A stretch of DNA of 64,000 nucleotides from a virus: IMG/VR virus record IMGVR_UViG_3300005393_000209, one strand, 5' to 3'. Made by a program: the position numbers and the translations under genes. The notes beneath the pieces are model-generated. The model had not been told where the DNA came from, ran no database searches, and was given only the letters and a program-made list of their open reading frames with translations. The stretch's first letter is position 1. Each line of letters opens with the position of its first letter. Shown one piece after another: positions 37,137 to 45,300 of the stretch.

Positions 37137-37361
37137 ATGGAGCTCGTAAACGTTGAAAAAATAACCGCCGAGGAAATGATGGAGGAGCTTTTAAAGGGTT
37201 TTTACTTTTCAACATACAAGGGAGTTATTGAGGTAAATGTCTCCGCTCCTATCCTTTACCACAAAAAGGGACGCCAAAAAGAGATAATCGGGGTAGAGGA
37301 GATAGATAAAATAATAAAACACTCAAAAAAAACAGGTAAGCCTATAAAAAAGGCTGCCTAA
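37137..37361 (+). CDS. Early hypothetical protein
   Basis: Promoter at 37072; AAGGAGAAACAAA leader. Confidence 0.65.
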   Translation: MELVNVEKITAEEMMEELLKGFYFSTYKGVIEVNVSAPILYHKKGRQKEIIGVEEIDKIIKHSKKTGKPIKKAA

Positions 37362-37362
37362 G

Positions 37363-37392
37363 AAAAAAGCCTCCAATTCGGAGGCTTTTTTT
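37363..37392. terminator. Bidirectional terminator ending the late tail/lysis operon
   Basis: AAAAAAGCCTCC-AATTC-GGAGGCTTTTTT. Confidence 0.85.
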
Positions 37393-37879
37393 ATTTCAAT
37401 CGTTTTATCCCGCTTGTATCTTTTTCAAGTTTGTAGCGGTAAGGCTGTATTACTACTCTCTTTGCCGAGCTTGAAGCATGAAATATTGAAAGGAGCTTGG
37501 ATTTTTCATCTATTACAATAATTCCAACATGTCCATGAGGTCTGTCGGGTCTCTCACTCCATGTCCACCATATTAAGTCTAATTCATCCGCCTCTTTGAC
37601 ATTTACAGGGAAGCCGTTCCATCCATCAAGTCCTTTAAACATATTTAAAGCAGTAGTTCTCCTAACTGGAATTCCTGCTCTCTTTGCTGTTGCGTAAACA
37701 ATCCCGGAACAATCTGCTCCCTTATAATCAAAAGCTCCCCAAACGTAAGCAATACGTATTTTAGACGCCGTATCAATCTCTGTGCGCCAAAGTTTTTTCT
37801 GTTGGGGCGTAATACTCCATGAAGGAGAAAAGCTCCCTAAAGCCAAAAAAACCCCCAAAAACGCGACAACCTTAAACAT
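37391..37879 (-). CDS. NlpC/P60 peptidoglycan peptidase (endolysin) with signal peptide
   Basis: YVWG...DCSG, HVGI, FHASS motifs; hydrophobic N-terminus. Confidence 0.85.
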   Translation of the reverse strand: MFKVVAFLGVFLALGSFSPSWSITPQQKKLWRTEIDTASKIRIAYVWGAFDYKGADCSGIVYATAKRAGIPVRRTTALNMFKGLDGWNGFPVNVKEADELDLIWWTWSERPDRPHGHVGIIVIDEKSKLLSIFHASSSAKRVVIQPYRYKLEKDTSGIKRLK

Positions 37880-38186
37880 AGCTAATTACTAATGCTACTG
37901 ACAAAACATACACTGACATGATAATCGAACAAGCAATTGGATTCTCCGAAATGCGAGAGAGATAATTCTCCGGAGAAACCCATTCAAACGCCATTATCCC
38001 TCCAAGAAGGAGAGAAATCCCCATAATAATAAGAGGGACTCTTATTGATAGGCTTGTTAGAATATTATCATGCGTATTTTCCCCAACATAAGAACTAGAC
38101 AAAATCAACATTAGAGCTATTAGGAGGAATCCGGATATGTTCACAATTATCCATTTTCCTATTTGCTGCAATAAATTCCGTTCCAT
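37872..38186 (-). CDS. Three-TM membrane protein, putative holin
   Basis: Three hydrophobic helices, next to endolysin. Confidence 0.55.
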   Translation of the reverse strand: MERNLLQQIGKWIIVNISGFLLIALMLILSSSYVGENTHDNILTSLSIRVPLIIMGISLLLGGIMAFEWVSPENYLSRISENPIACSIIMSVYVLSVALVISYV

Positions 38187-38254
38187 CTTTTCTCCTATGA
38201 CTCAGAAGTTCCCTGAGTGTCTTACTTATCTCATTAATAATTTGTTGCGTGGAG

Positions 38255-38797
38255 TTACTCACTAAGTTTTCTTTTTTCATCCTGTAACGCCCTCAACACT
38301 TCGACCAAAAACATATCAAACTTTGCGCTAATACCTTGCACGGAATCCTTAACCGCATATCTCCCCTCTTTTTCATCCTCTACAAAATCTTTTAGTGATT
38401 CGCGAGTTTGTTCTATTAGAGTGATTACCCTTGGTAAATGCTTGCACCGGTTAACATCACACGTTACAAACTTTTCATCGTCTGCAATTTTTTCTACATC
38501 TATAATGTGTTTTTTAAGTAACCCTACTGTCTCTCTTTGAACATCAAAAATCTTCTGAAGAATTACTTTTAAAAGTTGTTGATGTTCCTCAAGTAAAATT
38601 ACTTCCCCGTCTTTTGTTACTATTGCCTGACGTATTATATTTATTGTTTCATCCAGTTTATTAGTTATGACACATATATCATTAATTTTCTCCATTGAAA
38701 CTTTATATATAACCCACAATAATAATAGAGTTGAAAAAACAGCAATACCTCCATAAATTCCTATTTTCTCAAGCGCATAGAAAAAAGCATCTAGCAT
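38255..38797 (-). CDS. Membrane-anchored coiled-coil lysis-module protein
   Basis: Single N-terminal TM; position. Confidence 0.45.
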   Translation of the reverse strand: MLDAFFYALEKIGIYGGIAVFSTLLLLWVIYKVSMEKINDICVITNKLDETINIIRQAIVTKDGEVILLEEHQQLLKVILQKIFDVQRETVGLLKKHIIDVEKIADDEKFVTCDVNRCKHLPRVITLIEQTRESLKDFVEDEKEGRYAVKDSVQGISAKFDMFLVEVLRALQDEKRKLSE

Positions 38798-38845
38798 TTA
38801 AATACCCTTGTAAGTATTATAAAAGTCAATGTCTTTACTCAACCT

Positions 38846-39496
38846 CTACTTTTTATGTTTATTGGTGTAAGTCTCATAAAAATCTATATCTTCCTTTAGC
38901 CTTGCTAATAAAGAAGTGTCCTGCTTTAACTTATTAACAATAACTGCCCTATCATTTTTGTATATCGAATGACACCCATGAATGTCCTTAGTCACATTCT
39001 CTCTAGTAGTAGAACTAAAAATTAAGCCAAGTCTTTTTCCTAATTCATCCAAACTGCCAGAGTAATCGGCGCAATCGCCAATAAAATCTAACTTATTAGC
39101 CGCAGAGTTACCTATAAAAGTTTTAGAGTATAAAAAACGAAATTGAGGCATCTCCACCAGCTCCCGAAAATTGGGCGGGTTCATGTAATTCAAACCCCAA
39201 AGGCACTTTCTAGATGCAAGGAAAAAAAAGTAAATAGAACAAAGATTATCAATAGGGTGCCTCAAAAAGGACAAGGCAAACTCCGGTTTTAGTGACAAGC
39301 CTGCCTCTGCCGTGAAATGTCCATGTAAAACGTCAATATCCTCTCCAATGTCTAATTGTATTGACTCTCCGCTAGTAGACAATAGGGGGTTTTTAGTATA
39401 AGAAAACGCAACTCTACTCTGTCCTAGCAGTCTAACCCACTCATTACCTAATGAGGTTCCCGCTGTTTTTGGAATATGAATTGATACAATAAGCAT
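38846..39496 (-). CDS. PAPS-dependent sulfotransferase (Sulfotransfer_2-like)
   Basis: 5'-PSB motif IHIPKTAGTSL, 3'-PB motif LRHP.D...S.Y, C-terminal EDI.FYE. Confidence 0.8.
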   Translation of the reverse strand: MLIVSIHIPKTAGTSLGNEWVRLLGQSRVAFSYTKNPLLSTSGESIQLDIGEDIDVLHGHFTAEAGLSLKPEFALSFLRHPIDNLCSIYFFFLASRKCLWGLNYMNPPNFRELVEMPQFRFLYSKTFIGNSAANKLDFIGDCADYSGSLDELGKRLGLIFSSTTRENVTKDIHGCHSIYKNDRAVIVNKLKQDTSLLARLKEDIDFYETYTNKHKK

Positions 39497-39497
39497 A

Positions 39498-39818
39498 TTA
39501 ACTCATACTAAATACACTCTCTGCTGGCTTAGGGTATTTATCTTTAACTGCTTTAATTCTATCCGACATCTCTTTTGGAAAGATACCAGCATGGTATAAA
39601 GAATCTAATTGGTCCCCAATACTAGGGTAAGATTGTCTACGTAACTCAGCATAATTTAACGCCTCTTTATTCTGTTCTATATAGACTAGAGCTGCGTCTA
39701 ACTCAGCCCTTGTAGGCATAGTCTGCTCTTTATCGTGCCATATTATACCCTCGTATGTGTCACCATCAAGTGACCACTCTGCACCGGGCTTTAAAAACAA
39801 CAAAGCTTCGGCTATCAT
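39498..39818 (-). CDS. Tail-fibre-associated/assembly protein
   Basis: L.PGAEW, RR.SYPSIGDQLD.LYH, IKAVKDKYPK; follows fibre gene. Confidence 0.65.
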   Translation of the reverse strand: MIAEALLFLKPGAEWSLDGDTYEGIIWHDKEQTMPTRAELDAALVYIEQNKEALNYAELRRQSYPSIGDQLDSLYHAGIFPKEMSDRIKAVKDKYPKPAESVFSMS

Positions 39819-40864
39819 GGTAATATCTCCGCTACAATAATAAAAGTATTAGCGCTGCCATTATAACTGCCACCCACATACGCAGTTGTGGTACCATAGC
39901 TGTTGGCGCCTCCGTTAGCGTAAATAGCGTATGTCGTGCTACTGGTAGTTGCCGGGGAATCTACAAAAGCATAAGTTACGTTTAACTTCGCAGTTTGTGA
40001 GCTCACTGGAATAGATGCTAACTTATGTATACTAGACGCTCCTCTATAAATATAAGCCACTACGTCTGAATTTCCCGTTGCGCTCCCATATAAACCACCT
40101 GAAAAAATAATTAGAATCTTACTAGAAGAGCTTGTGGGAGTAATACTAACAGATAAAGAAGTCACTGCCGTCGGAGACGTGGACGTAGTAGAAAATACAG
40201 TCGACCGTGACGCGTAAACAACCTGCTGAATAGCTTTTGAAGGCATAGAACTAGAAACAGGAGCCCACACAGGATTCGCCCCTGCCCCTTGTGTCTTTAG
40301 GTATTGTCCACTTGTTCCCGCGGATAGTTTTGCTGGAACTCCAGAAGCTCCGTAATATATAATTTCCCCTTGAGTTCCATGAGCTAATTTATCTACCGTG
40401 ACAATATCATTACTAATATCGGTTACTGTTGGAGACGCTGCCGTTCCACCAAGATGCCCTGTAAGCTGGATTAACCCCTTAGTTCCGCTTGCAGAATCGG
40501 AAATCCATCCATCAAGCTTTCCTGAGCCGTTTGAAATGGGGACTTTGCTAGCTCCGGGAGTTGCTGTCGCATCGCTAATAGCTGCTGAAGTATGAGTATG
40601 AGCGCCTCCCGCTGTAACCCATGCGCTCCCGTTATCTAAATATAGAACCTCTGTATCTGAAGCATAAAAGAATCTTCCATTCTTACCGTAAGCCGGTCTG
40701 TTTGTGAACGTATCTATAATACATTTCCCAACAAGGGTTTTCCCGACGCCGTCCCCTATAAAAATACTCTTTGTATCCGTAGCAAGGGCCACTTCCCCCA
40801 AAGAGAGTGACCCTGAGCTAATCTGTGATTCCGTTCCCCGTTTAATCTTTACGGTAACAGGCAT
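39815..40864 (-). CDS. Tail fibre protein with Mtd_N-like N-terminus
   Basis: KIKRGT...L..GE...ATDT...IGDG; Ser/Thr-rich C-terminal head. Confidence 0.75.
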   Translation of the reverse strand: MPVTVKIKRGTESQISSGSLSLGEVALATDTKSIFIGDGVGKTLVGKCIIDTFTNRPAYGKNGRFFYASDTEVLYLDNGSAWVTAGGAHTHTSAAISDATATPGASKVPISNGSGKLDGWISDSASGTKGLIQLTGHLGGTAASPTVTDISNDIVTVDKLAHGTQGEIIYYGASGVPAKLSAGTSGQYLKTQGAGANPVWAPVSSSMPSKAIQQVVYASRSTVFSTTSTSPTAVTSLSVSITPTSSSSKILIIFSGGLYGSATGNSDVVAYIYRGASSIHKLASIPVSSQTAKLNVTYAFVDSPATTSSTTYAIYANGGANSYGTTTAYVGGSYNGSANTFIIVAEILP

Positions 40865-42177
40865 TATGCAAATGCTCCTCCATCAAGGATAGGTAGCCAA
40901 CCATCAGATAATTTTCCATCAGAACCCGCTTTAGGGATTGCATTTGCGCTTGAGGTAGCTGTTGCAATTTCATCATTTCCGCCGTGCTGATGTCTTGTTG
41001 CGTGAGAGGGTAAGTCTGTCGCTAATAGAGCGGCAAAACCAAAGGCTGAGGCTCCTGAAGCCCGTAGAACATGTCCTACCGTCAATCCTGAAGCAGAATG
41101 TAATGAAACAATATCATGAGTACCTAAATCATGGCTATGGTCTGAGCGTGAAGCGCTAGTTGCCGTTCCTGCTGTTCCAGAGGATGCGGATGAAACAGCA
41201 GGAGGTTCACTCCCATAAGATACAGAGGCATCAACCTTCCCTGTTGTATCATTGTAGGCTAATGATATTCCTGTCTCACTGTTAGCTTCAAACATCCCCC
41301 CTGAAATATCTTGAATTGTTTCGTTTAAGTTTGTTACTAACTTGTCGTAATCAGTAGCAGATAAATGATAATACTCACTTGTAGTTCCACCCTGTAAACC
41401 AGTTAAAGCGCTATGGTCTTGGGAAGTTGCCTTGGAAACCCAACCAGAACCAGTGTAAACATAGTCAACATCTTCATCCTCAACCCGGCAACAGGTTCCC
41501 TCATTAGGAACAACAAAAACCCAAGTGCTCCCTGAATATCGCGCTATTTGTCCCGCTTTTGAAGCCCAATCTCCTGTTGGTGAACTCCCAACAATATATC
41601 TATCCCCGGTAGAGGGAGAAGCAGGAGGCGTATTTAAATCCTTATCCTTTACGCTTTCCTGCCAATCAAGCCCATCAATCGCCGCGGAAATTACGCTGGA
41701 GATTTTTTGTGCGCTCCATAAATCCGTTGAGCCTGTTCCAGAATCGTTTATTGCCCTATGAATAGTTGAATCGTTTAAGTGAGTGCGGATTGAATTAGCG
41801 GTAACTGCGTTTCCTCCATCATAGATTTGAGAAACATGTCCTGAAGAATCAACATCTGCCGCCGCTACTCGTTGATAATTTGCTCCATCAGCTATTTCAT
41901 CAAGTGTTTGTGCTCCAACCTTTATCCATGTAGTCCCATTATTGAAGTATATCGAATTATTAAGCGTATTAACATAACAAGTACCGGCTACATTAGGTTG
42001 AGCAGGAGCAACAGGATTCCCCTCTCCGAATTCAACCCTTCCTATTAAATATTTTAGTCCTCCTTCACCAATATAGACTTGATGTGTATCAGTCGTAAAT
42101 CCTATTTCCCCTGTGTCAAGCGTATAAGATGAAAGCTGTGCGGCTGTTCCGCGACGCATTTTGATTTTTACTGACAT
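40864..42177 (-). CDS. Tail fibre protein (Mtd_N-like + DUF2793-like)
   Basis: KMRRGT...GEIG.TTDT; PPASPSTGDRYIV...TGDW...GQIA. Confidence 0.75.
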   Translation of the reverse strand: MSVKIKMRRGTAAQLSSYTLDTGEIGFTTDTHQVYIGEGGLKYLIGRVEFGEGNPVAPAQPNVAGTCYVNTLNNSIYFNNGTTWIKVGAQTLDEIADGANYQRVAAADVDSSGHVSQIYDGGNAVTANSIRTHLNDSTIHRAINDSGTGSTDLWSAQKISSVISAAIDGLDWQESVKDKDLNTPPASPSTGDRYIVGSSPTGDWASKAGQIARYSGSTWVFVVPNEGTCCRVEDEDVDYVYTGSGWVSKATSQDHSALTGLQGGTTSEYYHLSATDYDKLVTNLNETIQDISGGMFEANSETGISLAYNDTTGKVDASVSYGSEPPAVSSASSGTAGTATSASRSDHSHDLGTHDIVSLHSASGLTVGHVLRASGASAFGFAALLATDLPSHATRHQHGGNDEIATATSSANAIPKAGSDGKLSDGWLPILDGGAFA

Positions 42178-42185
42178 GTTCCCCC

Positions 42186-42368
42186 CTAAACTATTTCTCC
42201 TCCATCAATTTCTACAAAATCGACGATTTCCTTTACAATATGTGAGTGTTTTTTGTTTGCATAAGTTTCATCTGCAATCTTTTTCCAATCTGCGGAAATA
42301 GGAATTTTTGCCTCTATCTCCTCTCTGTCTTGTTGAAAGCTGTTCACTACTATTATCTCAAAAGGCAT
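42186..42368 (-). CDS. Small tail-fibre-associated protein
   Basis: Ends in IDGG motif like the adjacent fibre. Confidence 0.5.
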   Translation of the reverse strand: MPFEIIVVNSFQQDREEIEAKIPISADWKKIADETYANKKHSHIVKEIVDFVEIDGGEIV

Positions 42369-42377
42369 TTTACACCC

Positions 42378-45300
42378 CTACCAACTCCCTGCTTGTCTTG
42401 TTACAACTATTTGTCCGTTTGCGCTTGTGTATCGTAACGGCTCCGTGACAACATGATAATATCCGCCGTGAGAACTCCATGAATTCCATGCTCCTGATGA
42501 ATGTTGAAGAATTATGTTTCCTGTATGTACCCCTTGAGACAAAGTAGGATAATTAAATGAAATTGTTACATTAAACGGAGGAGTCGATACCCCTTCAGGA
42601 TTCCCCTCCAAGTAATAATCAGGGTTATTTATGTTTAAAACCCGCCGATATCCCGGCGCTGTATATGATATGTAATATCCATTTTCATCAGGGGTATATT
42701 CACTAGCCCAAACGAAATTAGTAGTCTTACTTCCAAGGGTAACGCTATCCTTACATCTTCCCCAAAAGTTTCCGTTATAAGAACATACCCATTTTCCTTC
42801 GTAGTAACTTTTTCCTGTTCTTGAAGCTGTCGCTTGCTTGTTAGGAGGGATGACTATCCCCGGTAATGATATGCTAGGATTGTTGTATGTCGTAATATTA
42901 GCGCTCCAAGTCCTTTCAGGCTCCCCGTATAAACTGAACGTGTTCCAGTTTCCTGCAAGAGTATTAGACGCTGATAAACCTAAGTAACCGACTAAAACTC
43001 CTGCTCCTCTAATCGCAAGTCGCTCATAAGTTGTTTCTGGAGGAGAAGTAGAAATCTCTATTGAATTTTCATAGAGATACACATAGTAAAAGGTTGAAGG
43101 GCTACCTGAAATTGTTTGTAGAACTCCTCCCGATGTAACTTCCCTTATAGCTAGATTCGGCAAAATAACACTACAAGTCTGCCCGGAGGAAAGTGTGCTG
43201 TATATCCTGATTCTTGTAGAATCATAAAATTCCATTTTAAGAGGGAGTCCGAATTGTTTCTGTGAGTCGAATCCTGACGCCGCAGAGATTTTATTTGTGA
43301 GATTATTCAACTCCTGTTGAATCTTCAAGCTGCTCCACGTATTAGTTGCACTCAGGATGTTATCATCAATTATTGTAATCTCAGGCCCAATAATAGTCTC
43401 CTCAAAAATAGAGCCAAGGAAGTTTCCTGAGAGAGCTTCCCTAACTGATACATTGTCAATGTATCCTACAAAATCATTTGATGGAATAAATTGAAGAGAA
43501 TTAGTGTTAAGACATGACAGGAACGCAGAATGATTCCCGGAAACCCCATAAGTAATACTTGTGTCTCCCCCACATGAAACTGTTAGGGTTCCGGATGACA
43601 CTGAAAGATTGAAAATAATCTGAATAATCATTCCCGCGGAGACATTTACATTTTGACTCAAAGCTGCTGTTCCAGAGGAATGTTGGACATATTGTTTATC
43701 AGAGTTATAGCTCCATCCGCTCCCTAATGTCCACCCTGTACTCCCCGTGAAACTCCCGTTTGTAACCCTTTCATTTCCCATGTCTGAAGGGATTGTCTTG
43801 AAAGTTAATAACCACCTAGCATTATTCCCGCTATAATTAGCGCTCAGATAGCCATTAACAGGCTCCTCAAGGCTACAGAATATTCTATTGGATAGACTAC
43901 CCCAAACGCTGTTTTCATCCGGTTCTGTTTCGGGGCATGTTTTATTAGCTAAATAAACATGAATTGGAATTCCTACTAACTCTGACACATGAATACTGGT
44001 AGCGCTAAGAGGGTTTTCTGGAGTTAATTCATTGTATTCATAGAGTATATCAGATGTGTTAACAACATGAACATTCGCATGTGTTCTCTCATAGGTTTGT
44101 ACCGGTCTTCCACCAACATAAATAAGTCCAGTTGTTCCCTTCTTTTTATGGATTTTAAATTGCGTAGCGGACTCAACAGTAAAAGCACATTCGGCAAGTC
44201 CATCAAGGTGGGTAGGGTTGAGCGATAATTGCCTTATAGAGCTTATGTCCGCGGCATACTTGAATAGTCCTGCGCCATCTGTTTTAATCCTTCCAACCTC
44301 CCTTGCAAAATATCCGGGATAACTTTCATCGAATAGTTTATGGTCAGGAGTTTTAGTAGAAAGGAAAAGTTTTTTCCTTTTATCAAGGGAAGCATTATAT
44401 CCTAATTCCCCTTCCTGATATGGCCTATTTGTTGAAGGATTTATTGAGTTAAAATTATAGGAATCCTCATTATTACAAAGATATACATGATATAATGTGT
44501 CAGGAGAAATAGTAGAAGAATCAAGAGCAATAACTCCATTATTCCATGTTACCCTTGAGTCTGTTCTACTAACTTCACGCCCATCCGTTAGCTGTATTAG
44601 CTGTCCGGCTACATATATCAACCCTTTTGTTCCATCAAATTTCTGGAAGGTAAGAGTGTTCGTGTCGCTATATTGTAGTTGAAAATCAGAGTATTCGGTA
44701 AAAGCATCTGATAAATCAAAGTTCTTACCAATAAAACTCATATTTATTTCCCGGAGAAAGAAGGGGCCGCCGTCAGCGTATGCCGTCCCATCAGTTTCAC
44801 ATTTTCCAACTATCCTTGCATTTATCCCCGGAGAAGTTGAACCTAGTGTCCCGTTATAATCAGGAGTTTGAGAAAGGAAGAGATTCCCCCGAAAATCCCT
44901 TGCAGGGGTTCCCGGAATATCGCCGCTTGGAGGTAGTCCCGGAATATTAAAAGCTGGACTCTTATAGTTTGCTAGGTAGATATAATATTCAGTATTAGGC
45001 TGAATATATGTTGGAACTATCTGATTATTCACATAATTTAATACAGTGTAATTGTTTTTTACTGAGTCCGACTCATCAGCAAGTAACAACTCCCCGCTTA
45101 CCCATATAGCCCCTGTGCTACCTTTTATAGAGCCAAATATCCCTATTTCTGTTTTTGACACAAACTCAACCATTGCCTCACTAATTCGTGAGTTAAACTG
45201 TGTAGTTACTCCATCAATAGTTAAGTCGTCAATCTTCTTAGTTAATGCTACTTTCTTATTTATAACATCATTTAGCGCGTTTTTTATCGCTGTTCTATCT

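Noticed and set aside
39815..42177. Diversity-generating retroelement, suggested by Mtd_N-like fibre N-termini
   Set aside because: No reverse transcriptase and no TR/VR pair with adenine-specific mismatches seen in the window
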